Origin: a virus
Taxonomy: Duplodnaviria > Caudoviricetes
Virus record (IMG/VR): IMGVR_UViG_3300027732_000025
Location: 1 to 56,627 of that record
Direction: 5' to 3' (one strand)
Length of the DNA: 56,627 nt
Positions within the stretch are counted from its first letter, which is position 1, and each line of letters starts with the position of its first letter. The notes beneath the pieces are model-generated. The model made no database searches, was not told where the DNA came from, and saw only the letters and a program-made list of their open reading frames with translations. Shown in pieces: positions 45,864 to 55,877 of this stretch. The position numbers and the translations under genes were made by a program.

Positions 45864-46149
45864 TTACTTCATCAATTATTTTAGTGCGGGAGGCCATACT
45901 AACGACAATGTCGATGTTTGGATAAGTATTCTTTAGAGCGGAAACACCACTATTATAATCAGCAGATTGACAGAGAAATGTTTCAGTCAATAAGTTGTAA
46001 AAGATAAATCCATTCTTATCTTCTTCACACAAAACATTCAGAGCACCTGTCGTACTTGACACTCCAAGTCTATAGCAGTATCTGCCATATCGGATAAGTA
46101 TGACGATAAACAGTATTCCGATAAATGAATATAGTAATACGTCCATCAT
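45850..46149 (-). CDS. membrane-anchored hypothetical protein
   Basis: N-terminal TM; between gp44 and gp62. Confidence 0.55.
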   Translation of the reverse strand: MMDVLLYSFIGILFIVILIRYGRYCYRLGVSSTTGALNVLCEEDKNGFIFYNLLTETFLCQSADYNSGVSALKNTYPNIDIVVSMASRTKIIDEVNETI

Positions 46150-47084
46150 TTGAATTTCGCAATCATCATAATCTCAGTCATCGCAGCAGTAACAAGAATC
46201 TCTGCATCAACCGAATGGGTTGCCTTAAAAGAATAGTCAGCCAAGATCAGAATGATCGATGGTAGACAGTTCGGCTCGAATAAATCATTTCCATTATCAT
46301 AGATATCACGGAACAATACCTGTGGATCAATATCAGTATTCGAAGCAACCCACTTACGCAGATCCTTGAAGTTCTTATCACGAATCGCATTGAACAATTC
46401 TTTGAACGTCTCAGAAGAATGATTCAAAAGAATACCAGAATCAATCTTACCACTGATAGCATAACGCTGCAGTTCATTCAGAGTGCGGCGGAAATCAGGA
46501 AAGTATTTAGTGACTAGTTCCGCGACCACATCCGTCTGGAACTCAACATTCTTTTCCTTGAGGATATGCGTAACCCTCTTGAAGAATTTAGATGCAAGTT
46601 TTGGCTTCTCTGCATTATCAATCTTGAAATTGATATTTACGCAACGAGACTTGATCGGATCAATTATCTTATTTACGTGATTACTGGTAAAGAAGAACCT
46701 GGCATTCGGGAACTCTTCAATAACACCCTTCAATGCATTCTGCTGAAGTGGAGGCATACCATCGAACTCATCGAGGAGAACGATCTTCAAACCACCAGAG
46801 AATGACACAGAGGAACTAAAGGAAACAACCTGGTTCCGAATAATATCAATACTGCGCTCAAGAGAGGCATTGATATACATTAGGTCAGCACCAAGTGCAG
46901 TGGCGATGGCACGACATGCAGAAGTCTTGCCCGTACCCGCTGGACCATACATAAGAATGTGGGGAACATTCCCAGATGCGATTGCTTCCATCAAAGACTT
47001 CTTTGTCTCAGCTGGAAGAATGCATTCTTCAATAGTGGTTGGTCGATAGAACTCAGACCAAACCATCATGTTAATATCTGACAT
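46146..47084 (-). CDS. gp44: clamp loader ATPase
   Basis: YRP..I.ECILP, GPAGTGKT, DEFD, SRC, PDFRR. Confidence 0.95.
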   Translation of the reverse strand: MSDINMMVWSEFYRPTTIEECILPAETKKSLMEAIASGNVPHILMYGPAGTGKTSACRAIATALGADLMYINASLERSIDIIRNQVVSFSSSVSFSGGLKIVLLDEFDGMPPLQQNALKGVIEEFPNARFFFTSNHVNKIIDPIKSRCVNINFKIDNAEKPKLASKFFKRVTHILKEKNVEFQTDVVAELVTKYFPDFRRTLNELQRYAISGKIDSGILLNHSSETFKELFNAIRDKNFKDLRKWVASNTDIDPQVLFRDIYDNGNDLFEPNCLPSIILILADYSFKATHSVDAEILVTAAMTEIMMIAKFK

Positions 47085-47104
47085 TCAATACTCCATAATA
47101 AATA

Positions 47105-47147
47105 AGGGCGACTGTGCAATTATACACCAGTCGCCCTGCAAGTCAAA
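47105..47147 (-). promoter_or_regulatory. hairpin (terminator-like) enclosing the -10 of a gp44 promoter
   Basis: agggcgactg/cagtcgccct 10-bp arms around TATAAT; TTGACT upstream. Confidence 0.6.
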
Positions 47148-47152
47148 ATAAT

Positions 47153-47812
47153 TTAGAACGTCGAGCTACTTTCCAAGGCAACGAACACAGTCATATCGCC
47201 ACTCGTCGCTACCCATCGACTAATCTTCTTCGACGAGATCGACACAGTATAGTCCTGATGGATCATCTTCAGGTTATCGACCTTCAGATTAGCACGGAAT
47301 GTAATATCAGTGGAACCGATATTGACATTGTAGCTGTTAGCTGTTGCATTCTTCAGATCACCGACGACGATCTTCAGAACACCATCCTCACCAACAACGC
47401 TAACATCTGCTGCCTTCAGCACTGATGCCGTACGAATCGCTTTCGTAAGCACAGCTGCAGGAAGAATGAATTCAACATCTGGTTTCGGGAACGTGATCTT
47501 CTTTTCCGGAGGAATGGTCAGAACAGAAGTATCTGCTGCGTAATAGCGAATGCTATCATTACCTTCGCTCAACGACACAGTCTTACCTTCGAACTCCACA
47601 TCTGGATCATCGAACAGAGACAAAGCACCGAGGAACTCAGAAAGATCATAGATACCGAAGTCAGCTGGGAAAGTCTCAGCAACTGCAGCATCAGCCATCA
47701 CATTCTTCTGTGGGCTAATGGTAGCAAGACGATTGCCCTGCCGAATCATAATGTTTGAGTTAATGCCGCTGAAACTCTTGAGAATCTGTACGGTCTCTTT
47801 TGAAATCTTCAT
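47153..47812 (-). CDS. gp45: sliding clamp
   Basis: MKIS.ET..ILK.FS.IN, FGIYDL.EFL. Confidence 0.95.
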   Translation of the reverse strand: MKISKETVQILKSFSGINSNIMIRQGNRLATISPQKNVMADAAVAETFPADFGIYDLSEFLGALSLFDDPDVEFEGKTVSLSEGNDSIRYYAADTSVLTIPPEKKITFPKPDVEFILPAAVLTKAIRTASVLKAADVSVVGEDGVLKIVVGDLKNATANSYNVNIGSTDITFRANLKVDNLKMIHQDYTVSISSKKISRWVATSGDMTVFVALESSSTF

Positions 47813-47820
47813 ATTTTTCC

Positions 47821-48351
47821 TTATTGTTTATTGACTGGTCGGGCAATGCCAGCCAGATGCTTTGCACTGCGATTCTGAAACTCATAATTCGCTTTGTATG
47901 TATCTGTGTTAGCAGTAACGCTACTATAGTTCATAACCTCCTGGGTAGGAGAGGCACAAACACTATACATCGTAGAAGGGAATTCTTTTTCCGATGTAAC
48001 AGTTCTCAGAAATGCATAATTCACTTTCGGCACATCAAACTTCACTTCTGGAGGAGCTAGTGCTTGCCCAGATTCATCTGCATCCAGAATGAACATAAGG
48101 CAACAAATAGCGTGAGCAAGGTGATTACATCCGCTCTCTGGATCAATCTTCTCACCCTTGACATAGTCATTGATATGACGCAGCGCAGCATTCCGATACC
48201 GATAATCTCCATTGCTTACATGCTTCCAGTTATCAACATCATACTTCTCAGCCCCGAAGGTAAGTACCTTCGCTACCGATTCAAGAGCCCAAGGTGGAAG
48301 CAACGAAAACTCCGGCTTCCCACTATCATATTTTCTACCGATTGTAGTCAT
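47821..48351 (-). CDS. dATP/dGTP diphosphohydrolase (DUF5664) domain protein
   Basis: KYD.GK...LLP, V..VLTFGA.KY...NW, A..RH, DPESG..HLAHA.C. Confidence 0.82.
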   Translation of the reverse strand: MTTIGRKYDSGKPEFSLLPPWALESVAKVLTFGAEKYDVDNWKHVSNGDYRYRNAALRHINDYVKGEKIDPESGCNHLAHAICCLMFILDADESGQALAPPEVKFDVPKVNYAFLRTVTSEKEFPSTMYSVCASPTQEVMNYSSVTANTDTYKANYEFQNRSAKHLAGIARPVNKQ

Positions 48352-48367
48352 CGTTGCTTCTCCTTAA

Positions 48368-48622
48368 TTACTGCGTATAACCCAGAGCAGCCAACTGCTT
48401 CGAGGGAACACCAATGCTGTACTTCGTAACAGTCGAGCCATCACGCATAGTGATAGGATCGCTGTAAACACAGACACGCTTCTCGCGCAGATAGCCAATG
48501 GCACGATACGGATTAGCGAAACCAAACTTCTTTTGGATTTCCTGTGCCGACAATACCTTACCCGATCGCAGTGCGGTCAGAAGTTGCTCGGTCTTGGTCT
48601 TAGGGGTCTTTGCTTTAGTCAT
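48368..48622 (-). CDS. winged-helix-like DNA-binding protein
   Basis: LL.AL..G..L....I...FG..N....I..LR. Confidence 0.55.
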   Translation of the reverse strand: MTKAKTPKTKTEQLLTALRSGKVLSAQEIQKKFGFANPYRAIGYLREKRVCVYSDPITMRDGSTVTKYSIGVPSKQLAALGYTQ

Positions 48623-48728
48623 AAATTTCCAATCAAATAATTTCGGGAGATAATGGTTCAACAGAGTAAGCCCGAACACCTTACTCAACCAAGGATATAG
48701 TTTAGCGCGATTCACTTTATAAGTAAAA

Positions 48729-49052
48729 TTATTTTATACCGTATTTGGCTAATTCCTGCTTAAATTCTTCGAGCAGGGCAGTCTTCACCGGAACTGGTCT
48801 CGAGGAAGCAGGAGCCAATGTATTTGCCTCAGCAGGAAAGAAGTATACACCACGACGAATCGTATTGTGACCAATCAACCAAAGTGGGAGACCGACCTTA
48901 TACTTCTTGTCCTTCTGGCGAAGAGACATAAACTCCTCATGGAATTCATTGATCTGCTTGAATGTAATCTCAGTAGTCACCTCTGGGTGGAAGTGATTGA
49001 CGATATACACCCATTTCTTTTGGGCAGTGGAGAGATCGTTAAAGGTAAGCAT
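48729..49052 (-). CDS. hypothetical protein
   Basis: P.W....RGVY motif, also seen in the N-terminus of the adjacent ATPase. Confidence 0.55.
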   Translation of the reverse strand: MLTFNDLSTAQKKWVYIVNHFHPEVTTEITFKQINEFHEEFMSLRQKDKKYKVGLPLWLIGHNTIRRGVYFFPAEANTLAPASSRPVPVKTALLEEFKQELAKYGIK

Positions 49053-49054
49053 GA

Positions 49055-50266
49055 TCAGAATGGAGGAGCGTCAAGGTCAACAGCAGCAGCAACTTCAGGA
49101 GCAGCAACTACCACTTCTTCAGTAGAGATCTTATCGAAGAGTTCGAAGAATGCCTGCTTGGTCATGGAATCAAAACGATTCACTGCCAGTTCGACTGCTT
49201 TCTTCTTATCTTTGAAGAGAGAAAACCCGCGAACGATATGCTCAAGACGGCGAGTAGCAATAAGGCTGTCAACAGCACCATCAGCGAAAGACCGACGAAT
49301 CGCATCAGCCCACTTGACGAGTTCTTCGGCGAATTTTTCATCAACACATCCATTCTCCTCCATGATGTTCATCACGATCTTCTTCTCAACAGCAGGAGAA
49401 GGAAACTCCTGCTCGAAGGTAAAGGCGATTCGCTCAAGGAAGGCTTCGTTCAGGATCTGGGTACCGATGTACCGACCATCCTCTGAACCCTGACCCTTGG
49501 TGTTAGCAGTCATGATAATGTTAAAACCAACTTCTGGTTTGATATACTCGCCGATCGCAGCGAAGTAGTATGGCTTACCTTCCAGGATAGACTGGAGGCA
49601 CATAATCGTATTGCTCTCAGCGGCATCCACTTCATCGAGCAATACGGTGCAGCCCTGACGCATAGCGATCAGGATTGGACCCTCGATAACCACGACGTTA
49701 CCATCTACGAGGGTCTTGCTACCGATCAGGACTTCCTCATCGGTGCGCTTGGTCATGTTCAGCCGAATGATAGGCATGTCATTCTTAGCGTGAATCTGCA
49801 TAATGGTCGTGGACTTGCCATTACCGCTATGACCAGTCACCAAGACTGGGAAGAATTTCCGCGACTTGATGATCTTCTCGATATCCTTGTAGTTACCGAA
49901 TGGAACATACTTAGGATCTACTGGAGGGACAGCTCCGACCAGGGTTTGACGTACAGCTGACTGCTTGAATGGAACGACCTTACGCTCCACAGCAGACACC
50001 AGAGCAGGAGCTGCTTCTGGCTCAGATTGCTTCACAGCATTCTCAGAACTATCACCATGCATAAGATACACTCCACGGCTAACAGGTTGACTCTTGTCGC
50101 GAATAGACCACTTCGGGGGAACACCCAAAGCATCACACGCATTCTTGATCAGAACTGGCTTGAACTCGCCAGTCTCAGCGAACACCGTATCCAGCTGACG
50201 CATCTTACGGATAATCTCAACTTCTTGAGAATTGAATCGGGAAAGCCACATATTAAACTCCATCAC
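49055..50266 (-). CDS. CobS/MoxR-like AAA+ ATPase
   Basis: GHSGNGKS, LLDEVD, TANTKG.G, LNEAFLER. Confidence 0.88.
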   Translation of the reverse strand: MMEFNMWLSRFNSQEVEIIRKMRQLDTVFAETGEFKPVLIKNACDALGVPPKWSIRDKSQPVSRGVYLMHGDSSENAVKQSEPEAAPALVSAVERKVVPFKQSAVRQTLVGAVPPVDPKYVPFGNYKDIEKIIKSRKFFPVLVTGHSGNGKSTTIMQIHAKNDMPIIRLNMTKRTDEEVLIGSKTLVDGNVVVIEGPILIAMRQGCTVLLDEVDAAESNTIMCLQSILEGKPYYFAAIGEYIKPEVGFNIIMTANTKGQGSEDGRYIGTQILNEAFLERIAFTFEQEFPSPAVEKKIVMNIMEENGCVDEKFAEELVKWADAIRRSFADGAVDSLIATRRLEHIVRGFSLFKDKKKAVELAVNRFDSMTKQAFFELFDKISTEEVVVAAPEVAAAVDLDAPPF

Positions 50267-50282
50267 AAATAAACAATAATAA

Positions 50283-50311
50283 ATTATACCTGAACTTCAA
50301 ATAAAAGTCAA
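50283..50311 (-). promoter_or_regulatory. early promoter
   Basis: TTGACT-17-TATAAT. Confidence 0.7.
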
Positions 50312-50466
50312 GTGAGGTCAACGCCAACGAAGGCAGGAAAGTAACCATGGAGTTCCTCGGTAGGATTCGCATCCTTGTAGGTGTCGGGGTGATCCAGGCT
50401 GTAATCATACAGAGCCAACTCATCCGAGCAATGATCACCGTAGACAATAAACTCTTGGTATTCCAT
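50308..50466 (-). CDS. small acidic early protein
   Basis: MEYQEFIVYG after the cassette RBS. Confidence 0.5.
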   Translation of the reverse strand: MEYQEFIVYGDHCSDELALYDYSLDHPDTYKDANPTEELHGYFPAFVGVDLT

Positions 50467-50477
50467 TTTTCTTTCCT

Positions 50478-50523
50478 TTTCGTTTCGATAAGTTATTATA
50501 CCTCGAAACTGAATAAAAGTCAA
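50478..50523 (-). promoter_or_regulatory. early promoter/stem-loop cassette
   Basis: TTGACT-17-TATAAT with the same core. Confidence 0.82.
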
Positions 50524-52598
50524 GCAATTTCGGAGATGAACTTCGTCAAAACGACCCGACCCTTGATAACCGAGGACATAGAGGAGCTAAAAGACTTCGC
50601 AATCCTGGCTGCAGACATATCCTTGTCAATCCCACGGGTATTGAACTCCATTTCCCCAGTCTGCGAGGGGATGATGTACATTTTATGGTAACCAGCCAAG
50701 GGATACTCAAAGAAGTAGTCTTTGTTCAGTTGACGCATAATTGCAGTAGAGTCAGAAACTTTATTGTCATTCTGGTAGTTGAAACTCCGAACATTCTTGA
50801 CACTACCAGCGATGAAGAAGCCAACGAACCGAACATCTGGATTGGCATCCTTGAGCATCTGCATCATATTCCGCTGAGTCTCAGTCCGATGATTGCAGGT
50901 ATACACGCGACCAGTCTTCGGGCAACGCAGCATCTTCTTCATCGTATAAGTAGCATCAGTAGTCTTATACGAAACACCCTGGCCTTCGCCATCAGTAACC
51001 GTAATCACGGTCATCTTCTCAGCCTTGGTGTTCTTCTTGAACTCATCGATGTAGTCATACAACCAAGCAATCGACTCGATCAATGGAGTACCACCGAGGC
51101 GATACTTGTATTGAAGAGTACTGTCAGAGATCGACATAAACCGAAACGTATACAGCATTTCGCAGACAAAATCAAATTCTGAGTTGCTCATCTTCGAATC
51201 GAGGAAATTCAGAATATTGATCATATCTCCGTTGATCACACCGAACTGACCTGGCTCATTAACAGCATCGTTGTACTTCGAGAAGAATCCCTCGCTGTAG
51301 GTAATATCTGCGTTACGAGAGTCACTGAATGCGCAGACCTGGAAAGGAATGTTCACTCGGCGGCAGAATGATGCCAGAGTAATAACCTGACCCAGCGAAT
51401 CCTGCAGGTAGGTCTGCATAGAACCAGACCAGTCCAGAAGCATCAGGAAAGAGTGGTTCTTGTCATCGGTAATGACGTCAAGTTTACGGAACAGGTCTTC
51501 GCTGGTCTTGTACTGGTGAAGTTTGCTCATAGACAGCGAACCAGTCTGGGAGACCTGCGTGCGCGAGTAACGCTGAGCAGCCTTACGCATCTCGAATTCC
51601 TTAACAAGGTGCGAGACAGACTTCTGGTTAGCAGCACGGAACTTCGTGTACTGCTCTTTCCGATACGAACTCAGCTCAAGACCACCGAACTCGGCTTTGC
51701 GGAAGTCAGCCACAATATCTTTGTACCCAATGAACTTCGGCTCATAGTAGTTCTTTGGTTGGACATAGATGAAATCCCAGCCTGCGACATTGGTGTTCGC
51801 CTGAACCTTCTCATTGAAAATGTCTTGGGTCTGGGGAGCAGGAGCAGTTTCTTCATCATCTGCTTCTTCGTCCTTCTCCTCATTGACTCCATCATCCATC
51901 GGAGGCAGTTCGGCTTCTTCAGAGTCTTCTTCCTCGACCATGTCATCGTCGAAGTCAAAGTCATAATCTTCGTCATCGAACTCATCCGGATCGCCCTCAC
52001 CGAACTCGATGTCGTCACTCTTTTCTTGTTCTTGCTTCTTGTTCTTCTCGTCAGCTGCATAGGCATAGATACGCAGGGCGAGGTCATACACGTCCTCGAC
52101 AGTCTCTGCGTTTTCCGCAGCAGTCAGGAACACACGCTCTTCCTTGGTGAACTTTACACCACAGGAGAACCCTACCTTGAAGTGCAGGTTGATCCGGTCA
52201 ATGATGCCATACTCATTGAGGTCACGATTGGCAATGCCAAAGAAGTCACGCTCGTTGAGCACCTTGTAGCCAGCAAAGAAATCCTTGCGGCAACCAGGAT
52301 ACTGTTGCTTCATCAGTCGCTCGATACGCACATCCTCGAGGACGTTCATATAGGAGCTGAAATTCTTCTTCTCTTGCTTCTTGGCCAGAGTAAAGTACTC
52401 TTCGCCAGTAAACAGAGCATGGCCGACCTCGTGGAATTCCATTACCGTTTCTTCGGCAGGAGTCATTCCAACGAGGGTAGGCAACCTGAGAGTTCTGGTC
52501 TTCAGGTCAAAAGACGCTGTCTGGACTTTCTGGCGCAGAACAGTGATGTTCTCGTTGGCCATAAGTTTGCTCAAGAGGTCTATCGATTTTGCTTCCAC
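50520..52598 (-). CDS. HEXXH peptidase-like plus vWA (CobT-like) protein
   Basis: HEVGH, N..ED.RIE, acidic linker, MIDAS DWSGS, GGTP, TDG. Confidence 0.82.
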   Translation of the reverse strand: MEAKSIDLLSKLMANENITVLRQKVQTASFDLKTRTLRLPTLVGMTPAEETVMEFHEVGHALFTGEEYFTLAKKQEKKNFSSYMNVLEDVRIERLMKQQYPGCRKDFFAGYKVLNERDFFGIANRDLNEYGIIDRINLHFKVGFSCGVKFTKEERVFLTAAENAETVEDVYDLALRIYAYAADEKNKKQEQEKSDDIEFGEGDPDEFDDEDYDFDFDDDMVEEEDSEEAELPPMDDGVNEEKDEEADDEETAPAPQTQDIFNEKVQANTNVAGWDFIYVQPKNYYEPKFIGYKDIVADFRKAEFGGLELSSYRKEQYTKFRAANQKSVSHLVKEFEMRKAAQRYSRTQVSQTGSLSMSKLHQYKTSEDLFRKLDVITDDKNHSFLMLLDWSGSMQTYLQDSLGQVITLASFCRRVNIPFQVCAFSDSRNADITYSEGFFSKYNDAVNEPGQFGVINGDMINILNFLDSKMSNSEFDFVCEMLYTFRFMSISDSTLQYKYRLGGTPLIESIAWLYDYIDEFKKNTKAEKMTVITVTDGEGQGVSYKTTDATYTMKKMLRCPKTGRVYTCNHRTETQRNMMQMLKDANPDVRFVGFFIAGSVKNVRSFNYQNDNKVSDSTAIMRQLNKDYFFEYPLAGYHKMYIIPSQTGEMEFNTRGIDKDMSAARIAKSFSSSMSSVIKGRVVLTKFISEIA

Positions 52599-52607
52599 TT
52601 CTTTCCT

Positions 52608-52652
52608 TTCAATTCGATAAGTTATTATACCTCGAAGTTGAATAAAAGTAAA
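52608..52652 (-). promoter_or_regulatory. early promoter/stem-loop cassette
   Basis: same core; TTCAA.TTCGA/TCGAAGTTGAA. Confidence 0.82.
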
Positions 52653-52653
52653 G

Positions 52654-52875
52654 TCAGATCTCTATCGTACAATAATCGTCTGGCCACTCTTGGGAACAAC
52701 TAACTGGGAGGACCTCGAACTCTTCCAGCTCCTGCAGAAGTTCATAGGCAGCGATCTTGGTTGGAGTCTCACCAAGCCGAACTCGATAGAGTAAAGAAGC
52801 AATAAGGTCGAGGTGGATCTTCTTAAGTCCAACCAGAGCAAACCCATCTTCAGATGCTTGTACTTTCATAATCAT
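52654..52875 (-). CDS. hypothetical protein
   Basis: AAGGAG RBS. Confidence 0.5.
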   Translation of the reverse strand: MIMKVQASEDGFALVGLKKIHLDLIASLLYRVRLGETPTKIAAYELLQELEEFEVLPVSCSQEWPDDYCTIEI

Positions 52876-52880
52876 TCTCC

Positions 52881-54566
52881 TTATACGTATTCATATTGAC
52901 TAAAATCACCACGTTTCTCTACTTTGATTACCGCATCATAGGCATCTGGGCTGGTATCTGTATGTGAGATAACGAACACATTTGATCCAGCCATAGAGTC
53001 CAACAAATCATTGAATTTGGCACGAGCATCCAGATCCAATGAACTATCCTGCACTTCGTCGAAGATCAGGAGATTTACCTTTGCGCTATTCTTCATAGCA
53101 GCAACCTGGCGGAAAGATAACAGGATAGCCAGGTCGATTCTTTTCTTCTCACCCTCAGAGAAACTTGCATAACTAAACTCATCCCGACCACGACTCTTGA
53201 TTACCTCATTGAATGATTCATCAAGATTGAAGTTGACAAAGAAGTCAAACACAGTCAGATACTTATTGATGAGTTTGTTGAGCACAGGAAGGTACTCACG
53301 AATGATAGCAGTCTTGATGCCATTATCTTTCAGCAGCACCTGTGATACTTCCTGGAGTTGCTTCTCCTCAGACAACTCATTCTTACGCGAGATGAACTGT
53401 AATGCCTCAGCAGCAATTGCCTTCATCTTCTCTTTCTCAGCATCTACATCACCAGAATCTTCTTTGATCTTTTCGATCTGATCCTGTTTGCCTTTGATCG
53501 ACTTAGTTAGATCAGACTTACTCTGAGTAAGAGTTTCCTTTGTTGTCTCATAATTACCCTGCTCTTTTTCTGCTGCTTGCAAGAGACCACCGACTTCTTT
53601 CAATGATGGGTATTGTTCATTGAGGTTCTGGTCGATCTGATCACATTCTTCTTCGAACTTAGTCTTGATAGTTGTCTTGTGATCATGAGAGATACCCTGG
53701 ATACAAGTAGGGCATTCTTCAAGACTCTCTAATCTCGTGAGCCTAGTCTTCAACTGTGTAGCAGTCGCCTTTAGATCATCGATGCTATCAACAATGGCAG
53801 TATGTCTTTCGCGCAGAGCCTTCGCTGAAACGTAGTCTGGCACTTGCTGAGCAGATAGTGAACTCATTACTACACCTAGTTCTTCCTGCAGTGTTGTTAG
53901 TTCATCATTGATCTCAGAGATACGCGAAGTCTTATTCTTCTCGATCAATTCAATAATACGTTTCTGTGCCTGTGCTTCTTTCTTCGCTGAATCAACTTTG
54001 ATCTCAATGATGCGCAGTTCTTCTTTCGTTCCTGCTATTCGATCCTTCAACAAACCATTCATTTTACTGAAGATACCGATGTCTAGCACATCCTCAACTA
54101 CTTCTCTACGCTGATGCGCAGGTAGTTGCATAAATGGCGTATACGATGCTGAACCAAGGATAACTACTTGACAGAATGTCTTGAAGTTTAGTTTAAGAAT
54201 CTGCTGCTCAAGATACGTCTGCATATCTCGCATTGCTGCTTCCTGGTCTAGCATCTTGCCTTGACAGTATACGTCAAAGACATTCGGCTTCATACCACGA
54301 ATGATCTTGTACTCAACGCCATTGACGACCAAATCTAATTCAACAACACAGGCTTTCTGGTTGATTGAATTAACCAGCTGTGGTTTATTGATATTACGGT
54401 ATGGCTTACCAAACAGACCGAAGCACACTGCGTCCAGGAGGACACTCTTACCATGGCCATTTCTGCCTACGATAAGAGTGCTGTTATGTTTATCAAGAAA
54501 CCACTTTGTGTCGTAGTTACCATAACTAAGAAAGTTCTTTACACTAACTGTTTTGAATACGATCAT
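52881..54566 (-). CDS. gp46: recombination endonuclease ATPase subunit (Rad50-like)
   Basis: KNFLS.GN, GRNGHGKS, CPTC hook, FSEGEK, IFDE. Confidence 0.95.
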   Translation of the reverse strand: MIVFKTVSVKNFLSYGNYDTKWFLDKHNSTLIVGRNGHGKSVLLDAVCFGLFGKPYRNINKPQLVNSINQKACVVELDLVVNGVEYKIIRGMKPNVFDVYCQGKMLDQEAAMRDMQTYLEQQILKLNFKTFCQVVILGSASYTPFMQLPAHQRREVVEDVLDIGIFSKMNGLLKDRIAGTKEELRIIEIKVDSAKKEAQAQKRIIELIEKNKTSRISEINDELTTLQEELGVVMSSLSAQQVPDYVSAKALRERHTAIVDSIDDLKATATQLKTRLTRLESLEECPTCIQGISHDHKTTIKTKFEEECDQIDQNLNEQYPSLKEVGGLLQAAEKEQGNYETTKETLTQSKSDLTKSIKGKQDQIEKIKEDSGDVDAEKEKMKAIAAEALQFISRKNELSEEKQLQEVSQVLLKDNGIKTAIIREYLPVLNKLINKYLTVFDFFVNFNLDESFNEVIKSRGRDEFSYASFSEGEKKRIDLAILLSFRQVAAMKNSAKVNLLIFDEVQDSSLDLDARAKFNDLLDSMAGSNVFVISHTDTSPDAYDAVIKVEKRGDFSQYEYV

Positions 54567-55606
54567 AGGGTAAGTGCTTCATTGTATAATGAACGCATAT
54601 ATGTTTTGATTTTATCTTTATCTAGATTAGTTGTGATACCATTAATGTAATTCTCAATGATGGCGTTCGAGTCTTCAAGGTCAATATTCTCATCAACTTC
54701 GCCATCCTTAAACTCATCGAGATTCTCAATGATAGCCAACTCATATACACCTGCCAATTTAAGGCTGTCTACGAAACGATCGTATAGGAAAAGATCTTTC
54801 TTCTCCTGGACAACCAACTTGACAATCTTCTCGGATAGGGAACTGATATCACCTGACCAACCATTATTATACACTACACGACTGAATATAGTAAAGGGAT
54901 TTTCAATAAACTCCACGGTATTTTTATCTGTGTCTACTACGTGGAATCCCTTTGGGTCAGCGAAGTCACTCCAGGTAATCTCATATGGAGTTCCTGTGTA
55001 AAGGATGTTTCCATTTTCTGATTTGTGATGGTAATGCCCCGAGAACATTCGATCATAGCCATCAAAGAGTGCGGGTGATAGTCCATGCGAAAGCATCTCG
55101 CCACCACGGTACATTGAGAATCCAGCAATCTCAAAGTGACCAGCACAATACTTTGCTCGATCTTTTCTGCCAATGAATGAGAGGACTCTATCATTGTTAT
55201 CAGCGCATATCCAAGGAACCAGATCGAAGAGTGGCTCACCAAATTCATAGATAGTAAATGGTTTACTATGGACATGTATATTCTCATACTGACCAAGGAG
55301 TAACTCTGGACTATTGATTTCCAGGGTGTTCTTATGGTAGATGTCGTGATTGCCTAGCAGCACGTGCATCTCAATACCGATGTTATCCAGTGGAGCGAAC
55401 CAATGATCTTTACAGGCATGGAATGCTTTGTATGAAAGATTGGTTCTATTATCAAACAGATCACCCAACTGAATGATCGTATCGACGTCATTATGAATTA
55501 TGTATGGATACAGAACATCTGTGAAGAACTTATTGAAGTGCTTTGAGAATCGTGAACTGCCATTGCGTGCTCCAAGGTGTGCGTCCCCTAATAAAACTAT
55601 GCGCAT
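54563..55606 (-). CDS. gp47: recombination endonuclease nuclease subunit (Mre11-like)
   Basis: GD.HLG, GDLFD, GNHD, GHFE, SGHYH. Confidence 0.95.
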   Translation of the reverse strand: MRIVLLGDAHLGARNGSSRFSKHFNKFFTDVLYPYIIHNDVDTIIQLGDLFDNRTNLSYKAFHACKDHWFAPLDNIGIEMHVLLGNHDIYHKNTLEINSPELLLGQYENIHVHSKPFTIYEFGEPLFDLVPWICADNNDRVLSFIGRKDRAKYCAGHFEIAGFSMYRGGEMLSHGLSPALFDGYDRMFSGHYHHKSENGNILYTGTPYEITWSDFADPKGFHVVDTDKNTVEFIENPFTIFSRVVYNNGWSGDISSLSEKIVKLVVQEKKDLFLYDRFVDSLKLAGVYELAIIENLDEFKDGEVDENIDLEDSNAIIENYINGITTNLDKDKIKTYMRSLYNEALTL

Positions 55607-55628
55607 ATCAAACTCCAAACATATTAAA

Positions 55629-55784
55629 TTATTTCCAATTATGACCAAACTCTGGTATTGGTTCCTTCTTTAGTAGAACCTCCACCAACTCTAAAATGGG
55701 CAACTCAGGCATATACCCATGTTCTTTCAAAAATAATGCTCGTTTATAAGCATCATCATATGTTTCTTTACTATTTTCATTCAT
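55629..55784 (-). CDS. small hypothetical protein
   Basis: not in the ORF track; MNENSKETYDDAYKRALFL. Confidence 0.4.
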   Translation of the reverse strand: MNENSKETYDDAYKRALFLKEHGYMPELPILELVEVLLKKEPIPEFGHNWK

Positions 55785-55877
55785 CGCAAGCACCATAAAA
55801 CACTAAATAAAGGTGTAGGTCGCGGAACGCCAATTCCCACCTACTCTAGACATTTCAACAACAGTTAAGGAACCATT

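Noticed and set aside
51453-52703. 416-aa plus-strand ORF
   Set aside because: Antisense shadow of the peptidase-vWA gene
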